A stretch of 64,000 nucleotides of DNA from Thermodesulfobacteriota bacterium (GCA_965216785.1 OZ244197.1:2688001-2752000), one strand, 5' to 3'. Counted from the stretch's first letter, positions 8,705 to 17,205 are shown. Made by a program: numbers and translations. Notes: generated by a model from the sequence alone, not told the origin.

Positions 8705-10024
8705 TTAGAACCCCTCTTCGTTTTGAATTATCTCGCCAAGTATAGCTTCCACCTCTTCAGTCTTGCTTTCGTGAATGTGCGGATTAACGGCTGCTGAAAG
8801 CCCGAGTAACTCTTTTGCTTTCTTCACGTTATCCTGTCCATAGAGAATCATGCCGGCGTGATAATACAAAGTAGCGTCTTCCGTGCCGAGTCTTAGCGCC
8901 TTGCGCATAGCCTCTTCAGCACCTGCCATGTCTCCCATTTTGTAGCGGACCCATGCGAGCGTGTCATATGCATATATATCCTCTGTATCTTCCAGATCGT
9001 ATAGCGCAAGCTCGACCGCCCTGTCCAAATTGATATTTTTATCCGCGTAATGGAGCGCAAGCTCGCGCGAGTGGCCCTTAATGCCCTGGCGCTGATATAT
9101 CTCATACTGTGTCTCTGCTTTTCTGTAATGCTTCTTCGATCTCGCTGTATCACCGAGCTCGTGGTAAATGTCCCCTAACGCTAGGTAGTACTCGGGCTTA
9201 GGGCTTACGTTTATTGCACGACGGTAATAAGAAGCGGCCTTTCCATATTCACCCCTTTGAAAGTAAAGCTCGCCCAGATGCTCAAGCGCAAGGTAGTAGT
9301 CCTCGAACATCACTAGCGCATTACGGTAGTGCAGCTCCGATTTTTCTGGTTCGCCACAGTCGAAATACAGCGATCCCAGCATCACATCGGCCCATGCCAT
9401 GTTCTCCTCGGGCAGATCAAGCCTCCTGGACAAATCTATAGCCTGCTCCATTGCGCTAATTGCCCCCTCCGTGTCACCGGTGAGGAACCTTATGCGCGAG
9501 ATCCTGGTGTAGGAATCAAAACCCGGGTCTAAATACAGCATTAGCGCATATGCTTTTAGAGCCTCGTCGTAATCGCCGAGCTCAAGGTACGCGTCTCCTT
9601 TAAGCGCGTATGTAGCCGCCTTATCCGGCCTTAATTCAATTGCTTTGTCGGCATTGGTAAGCGCTCCCCGGAAATCGTGCTTGTAGGAGCTTACTCTTCC
9701 CAAGTGTAGGTAAATCTTATAGTCGCCGGGGGTTAGTTCCGAAGCTTTGATCAGTAGCTTCTCGGCTTTTTTATAATTACCGATACCGCCTTCTTCCCGG
9801 CCCTTTTGTATGTATAGCTCCCCGAGCTTTAGATAGTGATAATAGTCCCGGGGGTCCTTCTCCATCTTCTCCTCATAACTTTCTATCAGCTTATCGGTAG
9901 GGCTTTTCGCCTTATTTTGTTTCTGATCTTTATGGCTGTGGCCTACACCGTGGCCGTTTGATAAAGAAGGGGTAAGTAATATTACGAAAGCTATCAGAAT
10001 TAGTATTGCGGGGAATGTTTTCAT
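8705..10024 (-). CDS. Exported tetratricopeptide-repeat protein
   Basis: Signal peptide followed by HGVGHSH, multiple TPR repeats and a YDTLAWV.YK motif. Confidence 0.85.
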   Translation of the reverse strand: MKTFPAILILIAFVILLTPSLSNGHGVGHSHKDQKQNKAKSPTDKLIESYEEKMEKDPRDYYHYLKLGELYIQKGREEGGIGNYKKAEKLLIKASELTPGDYKIYLHLGRVSSYKHDFRGALTNADKAIELRPDKAATYALKGDAYLELGDYDEALKAYALMLYLDPGFDSYTRISRIRFLTGDTEGAISAMEQAIDLSRRLDLPEENMAWADVMLGSLYFDCGEPEKSELHYRNALVMFEDYYLALEHLGELYFQRGEYGKAASYYRRAINVSPKPEYYLALGDIYHELGDTARSKKHYRKAETQYEIYQRQGIKGHSRELALHYADKNINLDRAVELALYDLEDTEDIYAYDTLAWVRYKMGDMAGAEEAMRKALRLGTEDATLYYHAGMILYGQDNVKKAKELLGLSAAVNPHIHESKTEEVEAILGEIIQNEEGF

Positions 10025-10103
10025 TTTATCTCTCCATACCGTTTATTTAACAAGGGAGCGGAAATAGTTTGTTCCCGCCCCCTAATTCGTTTCCATTGAA
10101 TAG

Positions 10104-11762
10104 TTAGTCAACTGGGCATATGCCGTCATCAGTTCCTGTACATCCAAACTCGCCAGGGTCTACGTGGCGGCTGTTGCGGCCGTCATGGGCATAGTTAAGG
10201 TAAGGGAACGAAGTCCTGTAAGGCTGTACGTCATTTACGTTAACGCCGTCCCCGATTCGGTTGTGCGGGAATATATTGAAGTCAGGGTTCAGGACACCTA
10301 CAGCTACGCGTGACACTACGTCGATTACGTCGTCCACTACGCGGCGTCCGTTAGGAAATCCGGCAGGGTCGTCGTTGGTCTCGTCCTCATCCAGCAATGT
10401 CAGGAATCCAAGCCTGCTCTGCTGATCCGGAGGAGTCGGAGGAATTCCGGTGTTAAGCCTCAAGAGGTCCGCTATAGGTCCCGTAGGCGTGCCCTCTGCA
10501 GCAACCGGAGGAACGTACTGAACGATGGGTAAGAGGTCGAGTCTAGGTACGTCCGGTATCGGAAGAATATCCGGGCCGAACAGCGCTTCATAGACAGAGT
10601 TGAGCACGCGCGTAATGACCGGGTCTAAAAAGAAATCCTGGTACTCAGAGTCGTTCTTAGGCTTAGCCATACTGAATTTGTCTTTGAAGCCGATGCCTAT
10701 AATCAGCTCGTTTATGAGCGGGTTAGCCATCCTTTGAATCTGAGTGAACCTCTTAGAGAGTCTAGGCTCTTCGCCAGGGCCTCTGAATCTTTTCATCTGA
10801 GGTCTTGAGCTCGTACCCCACATTCCTATAGTAGCTTCAGGCTCTGAAGCATCGTGTAGCTCGCCGTCGCTCGTCAGAAGCTCGATAGGCACCTCGATTG
10901 CGATTGCGTTCACGTTATAGCCTGAAAACTCGTCCGCGGCGTAATTATTGAAATCGTCAGCGTCCTGCTCGTCTGTGAGAACTCCCTGTACCACGAAACC
11001 CTGGGTCCTGAAGTTGAAGGAGTCAAAAGCCGCTCCGAGATCGAGCCAAAACGGGTCGTCAACGGTTCCGGCAAACACTTTCATATCGTCTTCCAGTTCA
11101 TATACGCCCTGCTCGAATAGAGAGGGGTAATCAGGCATTGTCCTCGGGCCCGCGTTCGTCGGAACTTTAAAAAGAGGGCCGCCATTTGCGTTTTTGAGCC
11201 TTGTGCGTTTTTTGCCCTTTACCATTGTCACTGTATAGCTTTGGCGCAGTCCGAGACCTTGAGAGCCCGCCCCGGAAAGAGACGTAATAGCCGGAGGAAC
11301 GACCGGCTGACCTACAGTTGAATTACCGTCCAGGTCGTCAGGGGCGTTCTCAGGAGCGTTAACTCCTCCGAGCGCTCCCACATATGCAGTGAAAACGTTA
11401 GGCAGTCTAATCTCGTTCTCAAAACGAAACTCAAACACTATGTCCTCTTCTGCATCGTGGTCGTTATCAACTCTGATAGCATAGAGGATCTCTGGGTCGA
11501 ACGGAAAGTAAGAAGGCCCGTTTCCCGGCTCTAAGAACGGATCGTAGGTAACGATCATTGTAACTTTGCCTGATGAGCTCTCATCATCCGGATCGTAACT
11601 AACAAAAGCGAATACGTCAGGGATGTCCGCTTCATCGTCAAGCGCCGTGATCGGAGCCTCCCTGTGGTTTGCGGCTTGGACTACCGTCGCCGGAGTTGCT
11701 GCTGAAAGAACGAACCCCGTAATAAGTAAAGAAAAAGCGATTATAAATTTTGATAAACTCAT
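10104..11762 (-). CDS. DUF4331 domain-containing secreted protein
   Basis: Signal peptide, ANHREAP, D..DVFAF, FAG..DDPF..D, R.ANP.INE, GFPNGRR..DDV.D and FPYL motifs. Confidence 0.85.
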   Translation of the reverse strand: MSLSKFIIAFSLLITGFVLSAATPATVVQAANHREAPITALDDEADIPDVFAFVSYDPDDESSSGKVTMIVTYDPFLEPGNGPSYFPFDPEILYAIRVDNDHDAEEDIVFEFRFENEIRLPNVFTAYVGALGGVNAPENAPDDLDGNSTVGQPVVPPAITSLSGAGSQGLGLRQSYTVTMVKGKKRTRLKNANGGPLFKVPTNAGPRTMPDYPSLFEQGVYELEDDMKVFAGTVDDPFWLDLGAAFDSFNFRTQGFVVQGVLTDEQDADDFNNYAADEFSGYNVNAIAIEVPIELLTSDGELHDASEPEATIGMWGTSSRPQMKRFRGPGEEPRLSKRFTQIQRMANPLINELIIGIGFKDKFSMAKPKNDSEYQDFFLDPVITRVLNSVYEALFGPDILPIPDVPRLDLLPIVQYVPPVAAEGTPTGPIADLLRLNTGIPPTPPDQQSRLGFLTLLDEDETNDDPAGFPNGRRVVDDVIDVVSRVAVGVLNPDFNIFPHNRIGDGVNVNDVQPYRTSFPYLNYAHDGRNSRHVDPGEFGCTGTDDGICPVD

Positions 11763-11800
11763 GAAACTTACCTCCTGGAAAAATTGATTTTGAATATATA

Positions 11801-11826
11801 TACGCCGCTTGCAATTATTTGGAGCA
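11801..11826 (-). promoter_or_regulatory. ECF-type promoter for the DUF4331 operon
   Basis: Minus strand TGCTCC-N16-CGTA. Confidence 0.7.
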
Positions 11827-11877
11827 CATATTTTATATAAGATATATAAATAATATTGTCTATATACCTTTAGTAGG

Positions 11878-11917
11878 AAAAACCGGAGTGACGGCGGTCT
11901 AGCCGCCGCTCACCCGG
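11878..11917 (-). terminator. Intrinsic terminator downstream of msrB
   Basis: Minus strand CCGGGTGAGCGGCGGCTAGACCGCCGTCACTCCGG followed by TTTTT. Confidence 0.7.
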
Positions 11918-12009
11918 CTCTTAAGAAGGTATAGAGAGAATGAATATCGGGGGTTATTACTAGCTTTCATAAATTACTCGGAATCTTTGAATGACAGCTC
12001 TATATTTTC

Positions 12010-12528
12010 TTACTCAACGAACTCGAGCGCTCCTGAATTTATGCAGTACCTAAGACCGGTTGGCTCGGGCCCGTCGTTAAATACGTGACCCAGGTGTTCG
12101 CCGCACTTTGACAGGACTTCGGTCCTCTTAATACCAAGGTCGTAATCGTCCTTGAGCACAATCGAGTCCTCGGATATAGGTTGATAGAAACTCGGCCATC
12201 CGGTGCCTGAGTCATATTTATGCTCCGAGCTGAATACCGGCTCTTTACAGCCAGCTGAAACATATATGCCTTTCTTTTTATTGTAGAGATACTCTCCGGA
12301 AAAAGCCTTTTCAGTCCCTTTCTCCCAGAGAAGTTGATACTGTCCTGGGGTAAGCCTCTTTTTCCATTCCTCTTTTGAAAGATTCATTTTAGTAGAATCC
12401 TGAGCTTGTGATGCATTGTCTTTAGCTGCCAGATAACCAACAGACTCTGTATCAAATTTAGATAGAAATAGAAATCCGAAAACTAAAACAATCAAAACTA
12501 TTATTCCTATGTACTTATTGTTTTTCAT
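12010..12528 (-). CDS. msrB: Peptide-methionine (R)-S-oxide reductase with N-terminal membrane anchor/signal
   Basis: KYDSGTGWPSF and HLGHVFNDGP.PTGLRYCINS. Start set at ATG 12528 behind SD GGAGG. Confidence 0.93.
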   Translation of the reverse strand: MKNNKYIGIIVLIVLVFGFLFLSKFDTESVGYLAAKDNASQAQDSTKMNLSKEEWKKRLTPGQYQLLWEKGTEKAFSGEYLYNKKKGIYVSAGCKEPVFSSEHKYDSGTGWPSFYQPISEDSIVLKDDYDLGIKRTEVLSKCGEHLGHVFNDGPEPTGLRYCINSGALEFVE

Positions 12529-12606
12529 TTCTGACCTCCGAATTGATTTGATAAGCAAGGCGCCCCCTTCTCTCCGGGAGCGCCTTAGTCATTTAATCTC
12601 ATATGA

Positions 12607-13176
12607 TTAGTTGGGTAATACGACTGTGTCTATAACGTGTATAACGCCGTTTGACTGAATAACATCATAGGTAGTTATATTTGCCGTGTTACCGTTTTCA
12701 TCTTTTAGCACGACGTTGTTCGGGCCGTTCATCCACGCTGTAAGCGTTCCTCCGCTTGCGGTTTTGAACTCTGCCTGTCCGCCGCCCTGCTCGATCTTCT
12801 TGGATATAGCTCTGAAATCAAGGCTCCCCGGCACTACGTGATAGGTAAGTACCTTTGTAAGAGTCTCCTTGTTCTCAGGCTTGAGAAGTGTCTCTACCGT
12901 GCCCTCGGGAAGGTTCTCGAAAGCGTCGTTGGTAGGGGCGAATACTGTAAACGGACCGGGGCTCTTTAGGGTTTCAACAAGTCCTGCAGCCTGAACCGCG
13001 GCTACGAGTGTGGTGTGGTCCTTTGAATTTACGGCATTATCAACGATGTCCTTTGTAGGGAACATGGCCTCGCCGCCAACCATTACTGTATTTGCGGAAA
13101 AGGCCTGGCTTCCGCCGATTGTAAACATTGCCGCCACTATGAGCAGCATGAAGAATCTTTTAACTGTTGTGTGCAT
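12607..13176 (-). CDS. Fasciclin (FAS1) domain secreted protein
   Basis: TLVAAVQAAGLVETL, GPFTVFAPTN.AF, LTYHVV and NGVIHVIDTV motifs. Confidence 0.95.
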   Translation of the reverse strand: MHTTVKRFFMLLIVAAMFTIGGSQAFSANTVMVGGEAMFPTKDIVDNAVNSKDHTTLVAAVQAAGLVETLKSPGPFTVFAPTNDAFENLPEGTVETLLKPENKETLTKVLTYHVVPGSLDFRAISKKIEQGGGQAEFKTASGGTLTAWMNGPNNVVLKDENGNTANITTYDVIQSNGVIHVIDTVVLPN

Positions 13177-13210
13177 TTAAGCACCTCCTTGAATAAATTT
13201 TGACTATAGA

Positions 13211-13237
13211 TACGACAGGCGTGAGTGGTTTGGAGCA
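13211..13237 (-). promoter_or_regulatory. ECF-type promoter for fasciclin-msrB
   Basis: Minus strand TGCTCC-N17-CGTA. Confidence 0.7.
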
Positions 13238-13308
13238 CAAGAATTTTTGAAAATTCAAAATTTGCGCTAACACCGGGAAGGACGTATTGAAGCTTGTAAT
13301 GTTGTTAT

Positions 13309-13372
13309 AAAAAAAGCCCGATTAAGCGAATAACCGGGCTTCATGTAAGGATGGTATAGGGGTGTATACAGT
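13309..13372 (-). ncRNA. Candidate ECF-dependent small RNA (about 65 nt)
   Basis: Promoter TGATCT-N16-CGTA at 13378-13403, then a CU-rich stretch CCCCTATACCATCCTT and terminator AGCCCG-loop-CGGGCT-T7 at 13309-13340. No usable ORF in between. Confidence 0.5.
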
Positions 13373-13377
13373 ATTCT

Positions 13378-13403
13378 TACGCCGGATAAGCGCATTTAGA
13401 TCA
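13378..13403 (-). promoter_or_regulatory. ECF-type promoter (candidate sRNA)
   Basis: Minus strand TGATCT-N16-CGTA. Confidence 0.6.
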
Positions 13404-13470
13404 TATCTTTGAATAAAGTGCGGGCCGGGATAGTTATTCCAAACTGGGGGTTATTATTGAAGCAGCCTAG

Positions 13471-14052
13471 TCAGGCAAGAATCTCGTTTTCCTGAGAGGA
13501 CATAACCAATAGCAAGCACCCGTTTTCGGTGGAGATGGCTTCGTGGACGCTGCTGGCGTCCGCTCTTATATAGTCACCGACGCCGAACTTATGGCCGCCC
13601 ATGTTGATATCGCCCTCTATTATATAGCATTCTTCATCTTCAGCGTGTACGTGATCCGGGAAAGTAGCTCCCGCGTCCATGCTCACTAGCACGGTAGAGT
13701 ACTTGCGCTCGGAGTCTTCATAGAGCTGCTTTACTCTGACTCCGTTAATGATCTCTACCCATTGACCTTCATTTTGCCGTACATATAAAAATCCTTTGTC
13801 CTTATCAGAACTCTCGCGGTGTTCCCGGATTTCGGCAAAAAGCTTCTCCTCAAGCCCCGGAGGTTCTCCCTGTGGCTTGGTATTATAGGTAAGGTCGTCC
13901 ACTATCTCTTTAAAATATTCGAGATGCACGGATGCCTGGCTATCCTCTTTCAACATAACCTCGAACTCCGCCTTCTCCTCTTCACTTAAAATGCCAAGCG
14001 CATAGGATGCGGCTAAATCCTGGATATCTTCATCAGTGTACTTCTGCGCCAT
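13471..14052 (-). CDS. Anti-sigma factor with C-terminal ChrR-like cupin domain
   Basis: N-terminal DLAASYALG.L..EE...FE anti-sigma helix; cupin motifs PDHVH...EECYIIEG and GDYI.A..SSVH. Overlaps the 3' end of the sigma gene. Confidence 0.85.
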   Translation of the reverse strand: MAQKYTDEDIQDLAASYALGILSEEEKAEFEVMLKEDSQASVHLEYFKEIVDDLTYNTKPQGEPPGLEEKLFAEIREHRESSDKDKGFLYVRQNEGQWVEIINGVRVKQLYEDSERKYSTVLVSMDAGATFPDHVHAEDEECYIIEGDINMGGHKFGVGDYIRADASSVHEAISTENGCLLLVMSSQENEILA

Positions 14053-14731
14053 ATGAACGTCCTTGCTCTTCTTTAATTATATTCTTCAGTTTAACCATTG
14101 CAACCCTGATAGTGCTTTTGACCGACCCGACGGGTATGCCCACTTTCTCGGCAATCTCGCTATGACTGAACTGGTGGTAGTAGGAGAGCTCCATAACTTC
14201 TTTCTGTTTGGATGTAAGCTGAGACATAGCGTTTCTCATTATCTTTCTTCTCTCAGATGCTATGTAGGTGTCCTCCGGGTTATCGGTGCTCGTCACCAGA
14301 CTTTCGTCAATGCTATCATCTATTTGCACTGCTCTTGCGCTTTTTCTAATCTTATCAATTGCGCGGGTTCTGGTTATCATTAACAGCCAGCTTAACGGTT
14401 TGCTCAATCCTCTGTCATACCGAGACGCGTTTTTCCAGACATACATAAATACCTCGAGCGCCACTTCCTCAGCCTCTTCAGAGTTAGATATGACCCTGTG
14501 CGACATGCCGTAAACGAGTCTTACTGTCTTTTTATAAAACTCCCTCATCGCACCTTCATCACCTTGTGAAATTTGCGTCAGAAGAAGCTCTAACTCGTTT
14601 TGTTCGTTCGTATGCTCCGATTGAGAAGCCTCTGTTTCAGGACTCATAGTCTTATTGTAACTATCTATTGGACTTATCTTACTTCCGCCTATCTTCGTAC
14701 TCATATTAGCACACTCAGTATTAAATTCCAA
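14033..14731 (-). CDS. ECF RNA polymerase sigma-70 factor (SigK/RpoE-like)
   Basis: AEEVALEVF..VWK.A..YD, WL..ITRTRAID and SHSEIAEK.GIPVGSVKS.IR. Exact start uncertain (14731, 14704 or 14647). Confidence 0.92.
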   Translation of the reverse strand: MEFNTECANMSTKIGGSKISPIDSYNKTMSPETEASQSEHTNEQNELELLLTQISQGDEGAMREFYKKTVRLVYGMSHRVISNSEEAEEVALEVFMYVWKNASRYDRGLSKPLSWLLMITRTRAIDKIRKSARAVQIDDSIDESLVTSTDNPEDTYIASERRKIMRNAMSQLTSKQKEVMELSYYHQFSHSEIAEKVGIPVGSVKSTIRVAMVKLKNIIKEEQGRSYGAEVH

Positions 14732-14773
14732 TCATAGTTAAGTTAAAAATATACAGCAGCATACTTAAACAAT

Positions 14774-15007
14774 TTACTCGTCGACTTGAGCAAAAAACCT
14801 TTCTTCAAGCCCCCGGGGTTCCTCTTCGGGCTCTGTATTATAAGCGAGGTCTTCCATAATCTCTTTGAAGTATTCCAGATGCAACGATGCTCGGCTATCC
14901 TTTTTGAGCATAGCCTCAAACTTTGCTTTTTCCTCTCTACTCAGTATTCCCAGAGCATAGGAAGCAGCTAAATCCTGAACCTCTTCATCTGTATACTTGC
15001 GCGTCAT
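14774..15007 (-). CDS. Truncated paralog of the anti-sigma factor (anti-sigma domain only, 77 aa)
   Basis: MTRKYTDEEVQDLAASYALGILSREEKAKFEAMLKKDS is nearly identical to the N-terminus of 13471-14052. It stops before the cupin domain. Confidence 0.7.
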   Translation of the reverse strand: MTRKYTDEEVQDLAASYALGILSREEKAKFEAMLKKDSRASLHLEYFKEIMEDLAYNTEPEEEPRGLEERFFAQVDE

Positions 15008-15073
15008 ATAATCTTCCCTGATCAATATTAATTATATTCCCCGGTTACCACTGTCACCCTGATAGCGCTTTTG
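15008..15073 (-). pseudogene. Relic of an ECF sigma 3' end, co-duplicated with the anti-sigma N-terminus
   Basis: TAATTATATTC...CACCCTGATAGCGCTTTTG matches 14074-14120 (TAATTATATTC...AACCCTGATAGTGCTTTTG) with indels. Confidence 0.65.
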
Positions 15074-15132
15074 TAGAAAACCCACGTGATTTGCAAATGT
15101 AAAAACGCACAATCGTACTCTACGGCTATTAA

Positions 15133-15158
15133 TACGATGGTTTGTTGCGATTGGATCA
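15133..15158 (-). promoter_or_regulatory. ECF-type (probably autoregulatory) promoter
   Basis: Minus strand TGATCC-N16-CGTA upstream of the truncated anti-sigma, sigma and cupin anti-sigma genes. Confidence 0.72.
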
Positions 15159-15210
15159 CAAATTTTTAATTCGGCTGGAATTAATTCGGAATGTAAATAT
15201 GACTATAACA

Positions 15211-15807
15211 TTACCCGCGATTTTCGAATATTGCGAGCGTATTTCTGAGTTTGTCCTTGGCGAGTCTGAGCGTGCTTTTCACAGAACCAACGGGTATATC
15301 CAGCATTTCAGCAATCTCAGACTGGTTAAACTGTGAGAAGTAGGCAAGCTCTACGACCCTCCTCTGCTTTGGGCTTAGCCCTGAAAGCGAGTCGAGCACA
15401 ATCTGCCGCATCTCAAGGCCCATCACCGTGTCCTCAGGGCTGAGCCCGGTATCTGATAACTCCCCCTCAAGAGCGTCCGGGAGATCAATAGACGGCTTTC
15501 TTCTGCGGAGCTTATCGATCGCGCGCGAGCGCGTCAGCATAACGAGCCAGGTCGAAGGGTTACTCTGATCCGGGTCGTAGCCCGATGCGCTCTTCCAGAC
15601 ATATTTATATACATCCAGCACTACTTCTTCCGCATCGTCCTTATCGCTAAGGATCTGAAGCGCCAGGCTGTAGAGAAGCCTGTTAGTTTCGTCGTATAGT
15701 TTGCCGAGAGAGTCTTCGTCACCTTCTGCAATAAGGGCTATCAAACCCCGCCACCTGAGATTCCTGTTAGTAGAAGATTCGGATTTGTTGTCCATATCTT
15801 GAGACAT
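15211..15807 (-). CDS. Second ECF sigma-70 factor (SigK-like)
   Basis: AEEVVLDVY..VWKSA..YD, WLVMLTRSRAID and QSEIAEMLDIPVGSVKS.LR. Paralog of 14033-14731. Confidence 0.92.
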   Translation of the reverse strand: MSQDMDNKSESSTNRNLRWRGLIALIAEGDEDSLGKLYDETNRLLYSLALQILSDKDDAEEVVLDVYKYVWKSASGYDPDQSNPSTWLVMLTRSRAIDKLRRRKPSIDLPDALEGELSDTGLSPEDTVMGLEMRQIVLDSLSGLSPKQRRVVELAYFSQFNQSEIAEMLDIPVGSVKSTLRLAKDKLRNTLAIFENRG

Positions 15808-15914
15808 TTTATCTCGCTATGTATAAAGCAAGCATTTTCGGTAATTTTATACTATTAGAAAATAACCTCATAGCCCAGCTTTCATTCGCAAGGGCTCAGA
15901 TTTATAGAATACTG

Positions 15915-15940
15915 TGAGCTTATCTCTCTATTCTTACGTA
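15915..15940 (+). promoter_or_regulatory. Possible ECF-type promoter for the RskA-like gene
   Basis: TGAGCT-N16-CGTA, a variant of the motif seen four times on the minus strand. Confidence 0.4.
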
Positions 15941-16022
15941 TACATCAAGTAATATAGAAAGAAGTTTTGGTTAATTGTACTTTCAAGTATCAAGATGTAC
16001 CATATTACGAAAGAGGTTAAGT

Positions 16023-16841
16023 ATGCCTTACGACGAACGAGTACAAGAGTTGATCTCAGCATATTCACTAGGCGTGCTGGACGGTGAAGACCTAAAAGAG
16101 CTAGAAGATTTTCTCGCAAAAAACCCAGGTGTATATAATGATCTGCTCAGGGAGAACGAAGAAGCGTTCTCACAGCTCTCCTATGTGGTAAAGGGCGGTA
16201 GCCCGTCTCCAGAGCTCCGTACTAAGCTCTTAAATGAAGTGAAAGCCTCTGAGAAGGAGATCCCAGCACAAGAGAGCCCCGCACCCTTCTGGGAGAGGCT
16301 GCAGCCCCTCTGGCTGGGACTGGGAAGCGCGGCTGCGGTTGTCATTATAGCTCTTCTGATCGGCTACAATATATCCCTTAGCAACAGACTCAATGACCAG
16401 CTTGCGCAGAATCAAAACCTTGAAAACCAGCTCTTAGAGCAGCAAACCGAACTTGCAGCGCTTGAAAAAGTGCTTGGAACTCAGAGTGAAGCTCTGGCAT
16501 TTCTCGAAAACCCCAATGTCGTCATTATTAATATGGTCAAGACCGAGCCCGGTTTGAAGGCTGTGGGTAGAATGCTCTGGAATACGGAAGATGATGAAGC
16601 GCTATTTTACGGAATTAATCTCCCGCAAATTCCGGAAGGAAAGACCTATCAGTTATGGGCAATCGCAGGAGACGTGCCCAAAAATGCTGGAGTGTTTCAG
16701 GTAGACAGCGAAGGCAATAACCACCATGTTATAAAATCCTTAAGCGACTTCGGCGACATCAGCACGTTTGCGGTGAGCCTCGAGCCCGCGGGCGGAGTCC
16801 CCTCACCTACCGGCGAGATTTACTTAGCAGGTGAAATATAG
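16023..16841 (+). CDS. RskA-family transmembrane anti-sigma factor
   Basis: ELISAYSLGVLD N-terminus, one TM helix, coiled coil, and C-terminal LP..PEGKTYQLWAI and FAVSLEPAGG...PTG. Start ATG 16023. Confidence 0.9.
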   Translation: MPYDERVQELISAYSLGVLDGEDLKELEDFLAKNPGVYNDLLRENEEAFSQLSYVVKGGSPSPELRTKLLNEVKASEKEIPAQESPAPFWERLQPLWLGLGSAAAVVIIALLIGYNISLSNRLNDQLAQNQNLENQLLEQQTELAALEKVLGTQSEALAFLENPNVVIINMVKTEPGLKAVGRMLWNTEDDEALFYGINLPQIPEGKTYQLWAIAGDVPKNAGVFQVDSEGNNHHVIKSLSDFGDISTFAVSLEPAGGVPSPTGEIYLAGEI

Positions 16842-17205
16842 TAAAAGGACTAGAGGATAAAACAGATTCAATAGCACCTGTATATAAATTTCTTAAAATA
16901 GTTGTTATAAGAGCGATCTTCATTTCTTATATACAGCGATAAATTTAATTCATAGGCGAGAATTCTAAATCCCCGGAAGCCTTACGCGACCCAAAGCCCT
17001 CGACCATACAATTGGTATCATGATATATATCTGAGAAACCACTGCACCATATAGATATAAGATTTCTTATTGTGATTCAGTTTCAACTTAATACTCAAGT
17101 TAGTCGAACAACGCACCGAACTCATACATATATAAGCTTTACATTTCTCATATTTTTGTTTAAAATGGTCGCATGATAGTTATATGTAAAGGAGGGTACT
17201 AAACT

